NCBI GenBank assembly: GCA_021208605.1
Contig: JAJOJK010000002.1
Coordinates: forward strand, 103,851-167,850
Direction of reading: 5' to 3'
From: Candidatus Woesebacteria bacterium
Lineage (GTDB): Bacteria > Patescibacteriota > Microgenomatia > UBA1400 > UBA1396
Length of the DNA stretch: 64,000 bases
Shown here: positions 26,863 through 38,139 of the stretch, piece by piece
How the letters are laid out: each line of letters begins with the position of its first letter
How positions within the stretch are numbered: position 1 is the stretch's first letter
Notes under the pieces: model-generated
Databases searched by the model: none
What the model was told of the DNA's origin: nothing
The model's input: the letters and a program-made list of their open reading frames with translations, nothing else
Position numbers and translations under genes: made by a program

Positions 26863-28071
26863 TTAGGCCACAAAGTATCCCTGCACAAAAGCGGAGAGAT
26901 ACAACACCTGCAAAACCAACATACCAATAAAATACACCGCTTGCGCCCACTTTGGGCTTTTCCACAGCCAACCAGCCAAAATCAAAAAGAGGGGATATAA
27001 GTGCAACCCGTAGCGCGGCATACCTTGTAAGGTCCCTGTCACCATGGGAATCATGAGATGTACGAGCATGAGCATCCAGTACGAAAACCGTACTCTCCCC
27101 CAAGTAAACAAGAGAACCAAAAGATACAATGCCGTAAAGAGCGCTTCACCCCAGGCGACCCAATACACCAGGTGCACACGGGGATACAGCACTAAAATCT
27201 TGAAGTAGCGCCAAAATGTCTGGAGCGGAAAGGTGAGTTGACTGCGGTTCCACACTTCTACACTGGAAAAGAAAACATTCCAATCACCGAATTTCCCTTG
27301 TAGATATGCCAAGTAGCCCACAAAAGTGAGCGGAATCAAAAAGAACAGAAAAGCGTAGCGATGCTTCCACATATTTTTTGGTCGTAAAGCCAACAAAAAG
27401 GAAGTAAACGGTACATGCCAAGCCCACCGCTTTTGTAAAGCTGGAGCCAACTGAATCATGTACTCGGCACCCAAAAAGAAAAACAGGGCCAGTCCATTTA
27501 GACGCGCCAACGTGGCCACCATGCCGGCCAGCACGGCCCATAACCAGCGTTTTTGCCGGGCAAGTAAAATGGTGAAACTACTCAAAAACAGAAAGACCGC
27601 ATCTTGGTATACCGCCGTGAAATAATGCGCGGTTGGATAGGTCACGAGCACTGCCAATAAGAAAACATACGGCAGTCCTTTCCAGCGCTTCTCTTGGTGA
27701 TCGATTTTCCAGAGCTCACGCCAAACGACAAATACACCAATCAACGAAACAGAGGAAATTAACATGCCGCCAATGACATATGGAATTCCTAACGAGTGCA
27801 GTCCGCCCATAAGCATGGGTAATAACGGAAAAAACGGCACTTCTGGTAAACCATATCCACCGCGAGCAATACGCATAAACACCAAGCCGTCAAAGTTTCC
27901 CCAAGCAGTAATCCAGCGTGGTAACCCTTCGGCAAATTCAGCAGCCGCTAAGTAGCCGCGGCGAACCGGCACATATCGTAAAGCGAAAATGGTCAATGCA
28001 ATAATCCACACCCGCCAACTTACAAATAAAATGGTGGCTGACCACCACCACGGACGGGTTTTCTTTTGCAT
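26863..28071 (-). CDS. GT-C mannosyltransferase-like (PIG-V family) membrane protein
   Basis: WGNFDG..F..IA..GY, FFPLLP, AR.NG, MPRY. Confidence 0.8.
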   Translation of the reverse strand: MQKKTRPWWWSATILFVSWRVWIIALTIFALRYVPVRRGYLAAAEFAEGLPRWITAWGNFDGLVFMRIARGGYGLPEVPFFPLLPMLMGGLHSLGIPYVIGGMLISSVSLIGVFVVWRELWKIDHQEKRWKGLPYVFLLAVLVTYPTAHYFTAVYQDAVFLFLSSFTILLARQKRWLWAVLAGMVATLARLNGLALFFFLGAEYMIQLAPALQKRWAWHVPFTSFLLALRPKNMWKHRYAFLFFLIPLTFVGYLAYLQGKFGDWNVFFSSVEVWNRSQLTFPLQTFWRYFKILVLYPRVHLVYWVAWGEALFTALYLLVLLFTWGRVRFSYWMLMLVHLMIPMVTGTLQGMPRYGLHLYPLFLILAGWLWKSPKWAQAVYFIGMLVLQVLYLSAFVQGYFVA

Positions 28072-28122
28072 ACCAGCTCTGAGTATAACAAGAAAGTTGT
28101 CATGAAAAAAGAGCTCAGAAAT

Positions 28123-28785
28123 CTATGGCCACAAGGGGAGCTTACTGATTAAACGTAAAGCATCGAGGACATTCATTCCTCGTTCAAAGTCGTGGTAGAT
28201 TGTCTCGATCTCCAGTGTCGTGTAGGGCAATTTTTGCTGCGCTACCCGAGCCGCAATTTCCATCTCTACTTCATATCCCAGTGCTTGCCAGCGTACCGAC
28301 TCAAAACCAGCTCGAGAAAAGCCCTTAAAACCGCTCAAGATATCTGGAATATACACGCCATATCGCCATTGGATAAAACGTGACAAAGCATGATTACCGA
28401 GACTTCGAGAACGCGGCATCTTCTGCCAAATATTGCGCACTTCGAACACTAAATCATGTCCTTGGTCGAGCTTTTCTAAAAACAATTTAATTTCTGCGGG
28501 GTTATGTTGGCCATCTCCGTCCAAAAAAACAAAGGACTCAATACCTGGCAATCGAAGCGCATACTCTGCTCCAGTGAGCATGGCCCCTCCTTTGCCAGTA
28601 TTCACTCCATGGCGAATAACGTGCGAAGTGTAGCGCTGCGCAATTTCGACGGTCCGATCCTTTGATCCATCATCCACCACTACCACCGGCAAAGAAATTT
28701 TCTGTTTTTGCAAATCAAGAAAGACACTCTCTAGGTGTTTCTCTTCATTGAAGGCCGGAATTACCAACGCAGTGGGCAAGGACAT
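28123..28785 (-). CDS. GT2, polyprenol-phosphate glycosyltransferase-like
   Basis: IPAFNEE, VDDGSKD, N.GKGGA, DGDGQH, D..SGF. Confidence 0.9.
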   Translation of the reverse strand: MSLPTALVIPAFNEEKHLESVFLDLQKQKISLPVVVVDDGSKDRTVEIAQRYTSHVIRHGVNTGKGGAMLTGAEYALRLPGIESFVFLDGDGQHNPAEIKLFLEKLDQGHDLVFEVRNIWQKMPRSRSLGNHALSRFIQWRYGVYIPDILSGFKGFSRAGFESVRWQALGYEVEMEIAARVAQQKLPYTTLEIETIYHDFERGMNVLDALRLISKLPLWP

Positions 28786-28805
28786 ACTCGAGTATTGTAC
28801 CGCGA

Positions 28806-29723
28806 CTATTGGAAGGACTGTGCAGTAATGCGCACACCTTCCTCCAGAGGCATGGTGGGCTGCCAACCAAATTCGCGCTGGGCTTTACTGTAATCCAAAA
28901 CACTGCGTACTTGCTCACCGGGGCGAGCAGGACCGTGCTCCTCTGGAATACTTGCATTCATCGCTGTGGTCACCAGATGAAAAACTTCATTGGTAGACGT
29001 TTCGGTATTGGTTCCAATATTGAATTCACCAGTACTTTCATACGCTAAAGCGGCCACATTGGCACGGGCCACATCAGCAACGTAGACGTAATCACGCGTA
29101 TTTTCACCTGTTCCGTTGATTTTAGGCTGTTCTCCTTTGAGAATTTTTTCCATAAAGATGGCAATGACACCAGATTCACCGTGTGGATTTTGTCGAGGAC
29201 CATATACGTTGGAGTATCGCAAGACAACATAAGGGATACCGTACTGCACAAAATAGAAATGGAGATACAGTTCGCCAGCACGTTTGGAAATACCATAGGG
29301 GGACAATGGCTGTGGACTCAGGTCTTCGGTGAACGGCACTGGTTTATCGCCGTACATGGCGCCTCCGGTTGAGGCCATAATCACTTTTTTGACCGTACCG
29401 ACATCGCGGGCTTCTTCCATGATATTCAAAACGCCGAGCACGTTGTTTTCGGCATCGAACTGCGGATTCTCTACTGAGTACCCCACTTGAATATGGGCAG
29501 CATGATGATCAATGACTTCTGGTCGAAATTCTTGCAATACTTCGCGAACTCGCACGCGATTGGTAATATCACCTTCAAAAAACTGAACGTTTTCCGGTAC
29601 ATTTTCTGTCACTCCGGTCGAGAGATTATCGAACACGGCCACTTCATGCCCTTCAGCCAAAAAAGCCTCCACTACATGCGAACCAATAAATCCGGCGCCA
29701 CCAGTTACTAAAATTTTTGCCAT
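28806..29723 (-). CDS. UDP-glucose 4-epimerase-like SDR
   Basis: TGGAGFIGSH, STGGAMYG, YGISK, NVYGPRQNPHGE. Confidence 0.9.
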   Translation of the reverse strand: MAKILVTGGAGFIGSHVVEAFLAEGHEVAVFDNLSTGVTENVPENVQFFEGDITNRVRVREVLQEFRPEVIDHHAAHIQVGYSVENPQFDAENNVLGVLNIMEEARDVGTVKKVIMASTGGAMYGDKPVPFTEDLSPQPLSPYGISKRAGELYLHFYFVQYGIPYVVLRYSNVYGPRQNPHGESGVIAIFMEKILKGEQPKINGTGENTRDYVYVADVARANVAALAYESTGEFNIGTNTETSTNEVFHLVTTAMNASIPEEHGPARPGEQVRSVLDYSKAQREFGWQPTMPLEEGVRITAQSFQ

Positions 29724-29743
29724 ACTTTCCTTTCTCTGTTCAG

Positions 29744-31180
29744 TTATGAACGAGTGCCTGTTTCGATGTACAAATCGTCTTCCCAGTATATATCAGAACG
29801 AATAGTAACCACGCGCACCATATTACTGAAAATAACTACCAACAATACCACCACGAAACATGCCTGCCAAATTCGTTGCCACGGCCACTGGCGCGCGAGC
29901 TTTTTTGAGTGCGAACTGAGCTCCGCCAAGATTGGCACACCAGCCAGAGCAACCCAAATTCGAGCCCAAAGTGATTGCGTCTCCCAAAACTGCACATTGT
30001 TCACAACACCGCGTAGCGCATTGCGCGGCAGGAAAATGAGAAGCAGCCAGAGCAAACTCAACGCCTTCCAACGAATGGTTTTCCACCACCACTCAGCCCA
30101 GTCTCCCCAATAGAAAGCAAAAAGAGGAAAGAAAATGATCCGATACCAACCATGGACCGTTTGTTCACCAATGCTCAATAACAAAAACGACAAATTGGCA
30201 AAAAAGACCATGTGTAAAAAGTGATGCCACTTTTTCTCTTTTGGCAACGTTTCTCTTCCTCCAAACAACAGCGTAGCGAATACCACAAAGTACCCCAGCC
30301 ACGTCCAGTAATCAGTCACAAAGTGCTGGACCAGCGTTGGTGTGCCAAATTGGGTAACATAGAGAGTCAAAAATCCGACATCGCGTGTGGCTTGACCAAA
30401 CTGTACCTGCCAGAATAACTGCGGATCCCACCAAACCATGTAAGCCACCATACTTCCGAGTCCAGCGACGAATGCGGCGGCCATCAAGAAAAGTTCACGC
30501 TTTTTCACCATCTGGATGCTCCCCACTAATACCCCGATTGCCAGAGCTATACCAGCCAACTTTGTGAGTGGCATCAAGAACAAACTCAAAAAGACAAGAA
30601 CTTTGCCCCAGGATTGCTTCCACGCTGAAAGCCCTACCAAGGTGAGTAAAAAGAAGGTCAATAAAAGATTTTCACTGACTACGAGGCGAGAAAGGAATAC
30701 AAAAATCGGCACAGTATTGAACAGTACAACGGCAACAAACGTCCGAATCGATTTGCCCCATACGCGTTGCAACCACCACGCAAAGAGAATGATATTCGCC
30801 CCACCAAGAAGTATCATGGGAAATCGAATCAACTTTATTGAAGGCAACGTGTCCCATGCCCGGCCCACAATGGTCTGTATTCCTCCCGGAATCAGTGCAA
30901 ACAAAGGTGGATGATCCACTACTGGAGCAACCACTCGATAGTACACATCGCCGACATACATATCGCGCACATCCGTGTACGCCGAAAAATATGACCAACT
31001 TTGCGGAAAACCTGTTTGCAAAACACTTGATCCCAGCATCGTCCAAGCGACTTCATCAGTAGTCTCACCGGCAATTGGGAACTCCCAATAAGCGTATGCT
31101 CGTAAAGCAATCCCCAATACCATAACTGTAGCGAGGAGTATGCCCCACCACCATTGTTTCCAGGACACTGTCAACTTCAT
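29744..31180 (-). CDS. GT-C (PMT/ArnT-like) membrane glycosyltransferase
   Basis: DE motif after TM1, DHPPLF, many TM segments. Confidence 0.75.
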   Translation of the reverse strand: MKLTVSWKQWWWGILLATVMVLGIALRAYAYWEFPIAGETTDEVAWTMLGSSVLQTGFPQSWSYFSAYTDVRDMYVGDVYYRVVAPVVDHPPLFALIPGGIQTIVGRAWDTLPSIKLIRFPMILLGGANIILFAWWLQRVWGKSIRTFVAVVLFNTVPIFVFLSRLVVSENLLLTFFLLTLVGLSAWKQSWGKVLVFLSLFLMPLTKLAGIALAIGVLVGSIQMVKKRELFLMAAAFVAGLGSMVAYMVWWDPQLFWQVQFGQATRDVGFLTLYVTQFGTPTLVQHFVTDYWTWLGYFVVFATLLFGGRETLPKEKKWHHFLHMVFFANLSFLLLSIGEQTVHGWYRIIFFPLFAFYWGDWAEWWWKTIRWKALSLLWLLLIFLPRNALRGVVNNVQFWETQSLWARIWVALAGVPILAELSSHSKKLARQWPWQRIWQACFVVVLLVVIFSNMVRVVTIRSDIYWEDDLYIETGTRS

Positions 31181-31187
31181 TGAAATA

Positions 31188-32918
31188 CTACTTTCTCTTC
31201 TCCTGATACATACAATACATCACAAAACCGGCACCCAGGACCAAAGTCACTAGAGAAATCCCCTCTCCCACCCATCGCCATGGGGTACGAGCCGCAAAAA
31301 CAGTTTTGACTGCGTAGGCTTCTCCTGGTCGCGCAGGAATGTGATAAGTGATAAATCCAAACGGTTCCACAGTATCTAAATCGTACTCCACAGCTTGACC
31401 ATCGAGCGTGGTGACCCATCCTGGGTAAAAAACAGTAGTCTCTTGCACAATAACGTCAGTCTTCGCTTCCAGCGTGTATGATCGTCGACTGCCGAGCCAT
31501 TCAGTTACCGCTACTTCAGCCTCACCGGTGGCAATCTGTGGGCCAAGTGCCCAACTTCCGAGCGTATCTGCTCGTAGGGTCTGCGGTCGATTTTCATTTC
31601 GGGTGCCTGTCGTATGCGGATAGTGTAAATAGTGTTCACGCTGAGCACTCCGAGTATCCACTGGTCGTAAACCAGAAAGCATACCTATCTGTAAAAGGAG
31701 CAGTACAAGGAGAATCCATTTCCAACCGCGAAGACCTTCCCACACCCAAGCACTCAAAGCAATTACCACGAACTGAACCAAGAACAACAATCGCCAAGGG
31801 AATTGAATAATCGACAAACTTGGCACAGCTGACCAGGCTGGAGAACTGATTGTTAGTGCAAAAAAGAGTGCAGTTATACCAACCACAACCAAGAGTAAAC
31901 GGCTACGAACACTATGCGAAGCTCCACTTCTCCATTTTCGTGGCTTCCACATGCGTGCGACTGCGTTACAAGCACGACTCAGAGCTAAAACTGCTACAGC
32001 AAAACTTACTCCTCCAAGTCCAAATCCCAGCGTATCGAGAACAGTGGGTCGCGAAAATCCAAATCGCAAAGGAGAACTCCATACTTGTCCCCACCCAAGC
32101 AAATGCTGCTGAGTTTCCCGAACTAAATCATCACCTTCGAGCGCAACTAAGGACAACTCCATCACCGCTGGAATCCAAAACCAGACTACGAGCAAAACAC
32201 TTGCTGTCCACACCAAAAACCAAAGCTTCAGTTTTCGAGCCGACCACGCCAAACTCAGTGTCCACAGTGCTAATAATGGCATGAGTAAAACCGCCATCAC
32301 GTTGTGGGCCAACCACCCTACTACTAATACCAAAACAGTAGCTACTCCCCAGCGCCATGACCACTTTTGTTTATGAAAGTGCTGCCACGTCCAGAGAGTA
32401 ATCGGGAGTAATCCATACCACAGAATTTCACCAATGTTGCCACGGAAAAAAGTAGCAGTTGCCCAATACGATCCAGTGGCATACATACCAACAGCAAACA
32501 AACTTGCCGACCGAGAAAAAGCACCCCGCGCCAAACTATACACTGCAAGAACTCCCAACCAAGCACTTCCCAATACCAAAACAGCAAAAGGGACAGCTGG
32601 ATGAAATCCAAGCCAGATAAACGGCATGGCCAGAATATTGGCCAGTGGGTAATTGTAGTGAAACACCGGAAACCCAAAGCCAGAAAATAAGTACGGTGCG
32701 AAACGGGGTGGAATCTGTCCTTCTCGGAAAGCGGCCGCATAATTCATAAAGCGCGCTAAATGGTTTTCACCATCATGCGTATACGGGAAGGCGGATTGTA
32801 AATACGGCCGAGACATCCACGCCGCTACCAAAAAAGTAACCAACAACCACAAAAGTGTGCGGCGAGAACGCCAGACCTTTTGAGCGATTCCTTGTATGAA
32901 TGTCCGTACTCGTTCCAT
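31188..32918 (-). CDS. 'PTPS-related'/YfhO-like GT-C membrane protein
   Basis: THDGENHLAR, GQIPPR, FHYNYPL, RGNIGE, QFPWR, FYPGW. Confidence 0.78.
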   Translation of the reverse strand: MERVRTFIQGIAQKVWRSRRTLLWLLVTFLVAAWMSRPYLQSAFPYTHDGENHLARFMNYAAAFREGQIPPRFAPYLFSGFGFPVFHYNYPLANILAMPFIWLGFHPAVPFAVLVLGSAWLGVLAVYSLARGAFSRSASLFAVGMYATGSYWATATFFRGNIGEILWYGLLPITLWTWQHFHKQKWSWRWGVATVLVLVVGWLAHNVMAVLLMPLLALWTLSLAWSARKLKLWFLVWTASVLLVVWFWIPAVMELSLVALEGDDLVRETQQHLLGWGQVWSSPLRFGFSRPTVLDTLGFGLGGVSFAVAVLALSRACNAVARMWKPRKWRSGASHSVRSRLLLVVVGITALFFALTISSPAWSAVPSLSIIQFPWRLLFLVQFVVIALSAWVWEGLRGWKWILLVLLLLQIGMLSGLRPVDTRSAQREHYLHYPHTTGTRNENRPQTLRADTLGSWALGPQIATGEAEVAVTEWLGSRRSYTLEAKTDVIVQETTVFYPGWVTTLDGQAVEYDLDTVEPFGFITYHIPARPGEAYAVKTVFAARTPWRWVGEGISLVTLVLGAGFVMYCMYQEKRK

Positions 32919-32925
32919 ATTTGGT

Positions 32926-34008
32926 TTACTGGTTTTCTTGCACTACTTGACGGTAAATATCATAGGTGGCGCGGGCGGTTTTTGACCATGAGAACATATT
33001 CGCCCGCATGAAACCTCGCTCAATCATATCTTGACGATCGGTTCCTCGCAGGGCGACTGCTTGCTGAATACCGTCAGCCAATCCGGTAATAGTCGGATCG
33101 ACCAAAATAGCCGCATCACCAACGACTTCTGGCAACGAACTCGTGTCTGCAGATACTACAACCGTTCCTACCTGCAACGCTTCCAAAACCGGCAGTCCAA
33201 ATCCTTCATAGAGTGATGGTTGAATTAAGCAGCGAGCCTTAGAAATAACGGCAGCTAGTTTTTCATCATCTCCTTTAGGTATATCGAGCACGTGCACACG
33301 CGACTCTAAATCATTGGCCTTAATAATTTCGGCGAGTTGCTGGCCCTCAGGAATAGTAGTATTCCGAAACGTCTGACTCACTACACATAAATGGATATCC
33401 TCTGGAATCTGTGTCAGCGCCAATAATAGAGTCGGTAAGTTTTTGTTGTAGTTGATATCTCCCACGTACAGGATGTACTTAGCAGGCAGTTTTAATTCTT
33501 CGGTGTATTTTTGCGCGTAGTAGTCGCTTACCGGCTGCAGTGATTGCCCAGCCGCCAACGGCACCACATGGACTTTATGCGACGAGATATCGAGATGTTC
33601 AATAATATCGGCACGGGAAGCTTCAGAATCGGTGATGATCGCATCGACACCTTGGAGGCGTTTTTTCTGGCCTTGAAAGCGCCATTGTCCTTTGAGTCCG
33701 GGTTTGTATTCCTCTGGGAACACAAGTGGGATCACATCATGCACAGTCACGACAACTGGCGTTTTGCTGCGTGCCGGTAAAGTGGAAAAAAACAAATCAA
33801 AAAACGGGTAATGTATCACATCAATGCCATCGGCATCTTTCGTGACTTGCGTACCAAACTCGGCTAACTCGTGCGTGGCATGAACCACCAACGGCTCAGG
33901 TAAATCCGCCAGCTCACGAAGTGACTGCAGCAATTCACGCGTGTAGGTGCCTACCCCACGAGTACTATTCGCATTCTGCAGTGGCTCAGTGTTGAGAAGC
34001 ACTTGCAT
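32926..34008 (-). CDS. Glycosyltransferase family 4
   Basis: RGVGTY, TVHDVIP, PSLYEGFGLPVLEA. Confidence 0.92.
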   Translation of the reverse strand: MQVLLNTEPLQNANSTRGVGTYTRELLQSLRELADLPEPLVVHATHELAEFGTQVTKDADGIDVIHYPFFDLFFSTLPARSKTPVVVTVHDVIPLVFPEEYKPGLKGQWRFQGQKKRLQGVDAIITDSEASRADIIEHLDISSHKVHVVPLAAGQSLQPVSDYYAQKYTEELKLPAKYILYVGDINYNKNLPTLLLALTQIPEDIHLCVVSQTFRNTTIPEGQQLAEIIKANDLESRVHVLDIPKGDDEKLAAVISKARCLIQPSLYEGFGLPVLEALQVGTVVVSADTSSLPEVVGDAAILVDPTITGLADGIQQAVALRGTDRQDMIERGFMRANMFSWSKTARATYDIYRQVVQENQ

Positions 34009-34011
34009 ACG

Positions 34012-34815
34012 CTACTTTTGCCCTTGCTGTTTCATTTCCCAGAGCTTAATGTACGCCAATAAGAAGTGAACGCCAGAAAACAGGGCAAAAATAAACCCGG
34101 CAAAACCATCGAGAATGCCTTTGTGTCGGAAATAGAGCTGAACAAATGTCCACAGTGGTTTCCAGATCATGTAGAGCACAGCATTGCCGAATGATGGTTC
34201 GACACCTTGCTCAGCCAGTTCTTGCGCGGTCAAACTGGTATAGGTATTGGACTTACGCAAGTAGTCAGAAAAAGTCGGTGAGTTGTAGTGCAGCAGGTGG
34301 CCACGTAACGTCTCCACTGCGCCGTCGACTTCCATTTGTTCGTGCACAGTTTTCATTGGCAATCGCGCTTTCCCCCGCTGGTAGAAACGGATCACCGGAT
34401 CTGGATACTGGCCGCCTTTGGTAAGGAATCGGTTGAGAAACCAGTTTTTGCGTTGTAGCCAGTAGCCTGCCGCTGATTTTGACAGATCCTCAGTGGCTAA
34501 AATTTCACGGATGTGACGCTTCATGGTGTCATCAACGACTTCATCAGCATCCATTTGCAGCACCCAGGGATATTTGGCTTCATCCATGGCCATTTGCTTG
34601 TTGATGTGGAAAATTGGCTTATTGGTGGTTTTGATCACCCGGGCACCGTGTTCTTTGGCAATTTCTCGCGTCGAATCAGGAGAACTGCCATCGACTACAA
34701 TAATTTCATCGGCGATGTCTTCAATACTTGCCAACGACCGAGCAATATTCTTTTCTTCGTTGTACGTGGCGTATACCACTGACAATTTGTGAACCGGAGT
34801 TTTCTGTTTTGCCAT
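34012..34815 (-). CDS. Glycosyltransferase family 2
   Basis: TYNEE, VDGSS.D, DADE, YPD, VHE. Confidence 0.9.
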   Translation of the reverse strand: MAKQKTPVHKLSVVYATYNEEKNIARSLASIEDIADEIIVVDGSSPDSTREIAKEHGARVIKTTNKPIFHINKQMAMDEAKYPWVLQMDADEVVDDTMKRHIREILATEDLSKSAAGYWLQRKNWFLNRFLTKGGQYPDPVIRFYQRGKARLPMKTVHEQMEVDGAVETLRGHLLHYNSPTFSDYLRKSNTYTSLTAQELAEQGVEPSFGNAVLYMIWKPLWTFVQLYFRHKGILDGFAGFIFALFSGVHFLLAYIKLWEMKQQGQK

Positions 34816-34817
34816 AT

Positions 34818-36440
34818 TTATTGACTTTCTGTTTCTATAGTATCCCACTTTGTGTTGCCGTTGGGCTCGAGATATATGCCTGATTTCTCGGCAATGTCAC
34901 TTTCTTGAAAGACAAATGTGAACTTGCCAACTTTTTCCACTCGTACTAATCCCACCGTATCGGCTGATGATCGCTGCACGGTTCGCAAAAACTCTTCTAC
35001 AGACATATCACTCGCCAGAACAGCGTAGGGATAGCGATTGCCATTTGGATCCCAGACAAATACGCTTTCGGCTTCAGACACGGTTTCGCTCTGTAAAGCT
35101 GCCGTCAGACCGGCGTTCCATTTTGGGCTCAGCATGCGTTCCCAACGAACTTGAGCTGGCAACCACCACCAGGCGAATCCCCACACAACAAACGCTGCCA
35201 CAACCAAGCGGAAATACAACCACCAGGCTTGTTTCGTGTAGCGTTGACACATTCCATCATAAAGCATAGCCAAACCATATCCTGCCCACACGGTCAGCAT
35301 CACAAAGAAAAATAAGCTGCGCGTAGCATGCGGGGCATCTACGGTCACAATCGCAGGCAGCGGGCTGAGAAAAAGTAAGACCATGCCCGCAAGAGGCAAG
35401 CGTTGTATCTCTGGTTTCTGGAGCCTTTTTTTCAGGGTCCAACCCAACTTCCAGATAATTCCCACCACCGCCATGCCTGGGATAAACGGATGGAGATGTC
35501 CCACTCCAGGAATACTGTGCCAAGGGTTGGATCCTCCACTCAACACCAAAAAATCCCAGGACCACGACGCTAGCCAGCGCTCGGCCGCTAATACGAAAAA
35601 ATATACATACTGGTTGCCCAATACCGTTTGCCATATTCCGCTGAAACTCTGCCGAAAAGCCGGATACAAGCTCAAGAGCGTTGGATCCTGAAAAATAGTA
35701 ATCGCCCCTTTTTGGGATGCGGCGGGCAACGTCAAAGCACCAACTCCCACAAATACCGAAAGGATGAGAATTCCACTTCGCACCAACGATACCCACTCAC
35801 CCCATCGGGCAACCACTAAGGCTAAGCCAACTACTGGCAAGAGAATCCATGGTGTGTTGTAGGTCATCGCGGCCAAGAGAAAAAAGAGTGTGCCGAGAAT
35901 ATCCCACTGATAGGTTGGCTTTTGCTGCAAAAAACAAACGAGCCCACTGACAAACAAGAGTAGCGCCATATTCGCTTCGAACCCAATAGTGCCGTAATGC
36001 CAAGTCCAAGGAGAAATTACCAGTAATAACGTACTTACCAATGCGGCCATGCGCGACTGCGTCCACTCTCGCGTCGCCCAGTACACCGCCAACAGCAACA
36101 AACAACCAGCCAAAACTGAAGGAAAACGAACGACCCACTCCCCAAATCCAAATACGGCGCCTAATCCAGCCACAGCGTAAATGTAGCCAGGCAATTTTAC
36201 GTCGCCAAACGAGGCGAACGTAACTGGCCAAGAACGACCCCACTCATCCACTCCTGCCTCCACGAGAAAACGGGCATTCATCAATAAGGCCGCTTCATCT
36301 TGATTAAGCGTTGTCGGGCCAACAGAAAACCAATAGTACACGCGGCCAACGGCGAGTATTCCCACCACCAGCGCGAGCCAAAAGACACTACTCTTCACGA
36401 GTCGATGTAAAAACGACAAAGCGTTCCTTTCCTGTTTCAT
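34818..36440 (-). CDS. GT-C (ArnT/PMT-like) membrane glycosyltransferase
   Basis: NQDEAA, G.DEWG, SFGD.KLP.YIY, PHATRS. Start position uncertain. Confidence 0.8.
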   Translation of the reverse strand: MKQERNALSFLHRLVKSSVFWLALVVGILAVGRVYYWFSVGPTTLNQDEAALLMNARFLVEAGVDEWGRSWPVTFASFGDVKLPGYIYAVAGLGAVFGFGEWVVRFPSVLAGCLLLLAVYWATREWTQSRMAALVSTLLLVISPWTWHYGTIGFEANMALLLFVSGLVCFLQQKPTYQWDILGTLFFLLAAMTYNTPWILLPVVGLALVVARWGEWVSLVRSGILILSVFVGVGALTLPAASQKGAITIFQDPTLLSLYPAFRQSFSGIWQTVLGNQYVYFFVLAAERWLASWSWDFLVLSGGSNPWHSIPGVGHLHPFIPGMAVVGIIWKLGWTLKKRLQKPEIQRLPLAGMVLLFLSPLPAIVTVDAPHATRSLFFFVMLTVWAGYGLAMLYDGMCQRYTKQAWWLYFRLVVAAFVVWGFAWWWLPAQVRWERMLSPKWNAGLTAALQSETVSEAESVFVWDPNGNRYPYAVLASDMSVEEFLRTVQRSSADTVGLVRVEKVGKFTFVFQESDIAEKSGIYLEPNGNTKWDTIETESQ

Positions 36441-38078
36441 CTCGTATCGTATCAATTTCTAACCAATTTTCGGGAGTGGTTTCTCGTTTTTCCACAGGTA
36501 CAACATACATGAATTCCATTGTTTCGCTTTCCGCTTCAGAAAAATCAAGCAGCGTTATCTCTACATTTCCCAAAGTCTGCCGAGCAAACCCTTCACTCGG
36601 GATAGCTTGTATCTCAGACCAACTCAATCCTGATTTTGGTTGGTAGTACAAAAAGAATCGATCATCAAACTGATTCACAAAAACCGTTTCATACTGTTCG
36701 TGATGCGTAGAAATATACTGGGCCAAAGGCGTGTAGCCTGCCTGCCACTCAGTGGCGGAAAGCTGTGGATACACCACCACCCGTGTCACCGTAAAACGAA
36801 TTGTACAGAGTGCAACGAGTACGAGGGTCATGACCAAACCAAGCCGGCGAATCCAGCGCGGCAAAGACTGCTCCCACCACCATTGTCCCGCAACCACCAC
36901 TCCGTACCCTGCAAACGCAGCCAGTACAAACACGGCATTCAGCGATCGCAAAGCATGCGGCGTGTCTAGCGGCACCGAAGCCGGTACTAAAGCCGCTAAC
37001 CACCAGGCAATCAACAACCCACCGACTCGCCAAGAACGACGCCATATCGCTAGAACTCCAATCACCAAAAATGGCGCAAAAAGTCCGTACAAGAGACCAT
37101 ACCCAGGCACACCATGCCGAAGCTTTTGATCTCCTTGGAAGAACAAGTATTCTGGATCAAAGTGTTGCAAAACGTTTTCCCACCGGCCAAGGCCGTCAGT
37201 GTCCAACGGTTGTAAATTGCTTTTGAGACAAAGGTATTACCAGACTGCAAACGAAGCTCGTTAAGCGCTGTCGGTTCTGCCGCGGGCAAAGTAAGAATGC
37301 TTTCGGTACTCAGTCGCAGCTGATTACTGGCCGCATAAAAGTCAGCCTGTACCATCGGCAGAAGTGAAAACATCCAGATAAACAAACCGATGCCATACAG
37401 CCACCACCACTGCCTCGTTTTTGTCCACCACGCAGCCACCAGAACCACGAAAATCACTGGCCAAACAAAGCGAGTACTAAAGTAGGTATACACGCTCAAT
37501 GTGCCCAAGAAAACCGACAAACCAACGAATGCCAGGCGCCACTGCCAGTGTTTTCGAGACACACTCCACATGAGCGCGACTGCCGACCACAACACGAAAG
37601 CCGAACTCAGGTGACCCTCAAAACCAACTGTCGAAAAGTGAATCGACCAGGGCATAACGGTAATAACCGCAGCCGTAACCAAGGCCAGTTTTCGCTTCAA
37701 GTCGGTTTTCAGATCCGGCACTCCAAGCCAAAACACGGCGCCACCGAACACCATGCTCACGCCAGCCAAAAAACTGGGTAACCGCACGGCGAGAGCAGCT
37801 GAGTCCACAAATCGACTTACGAAACTAACGAACCAAATATATACCGGAAGTTTGTAATCTCCATACGAAATAAACAGCGGCTGAAACCACGAACGACCAT
37901 GCAGGTCGAGTCCCGTCGTGGCAATGGAGCGAGCATCGTTCCATATCGCCATCTCGTCCCAGTACAACGAAACCGGGACCTGGCCAAAACCGATACTTCG
38001 CAGCAGAACGGCAAGAGTAACAAGGAAAAAAAGAGTCAGCCAAAATCCGTGCTGACGGAGCCATGCTAGTCGTACCAT
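36388..38078 (-). CDS. GT-C (ArnT/PMT-like) glycosyltransferase, frameshifted near 37180
   Basis: N-half has WDE, SYGDYKLPVYIW; C-half has FDPEYLFFQGD..LRH, PHALRS. Paralog of the adjacent gene. Confidence 0.8.
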
Positions 38079-38139
38079 ACTCCCATTGTACACAGTCAAG
38101 TGTGCGTTTCCTGTGCGATTTTTATGCTAGCGTTTTCGC

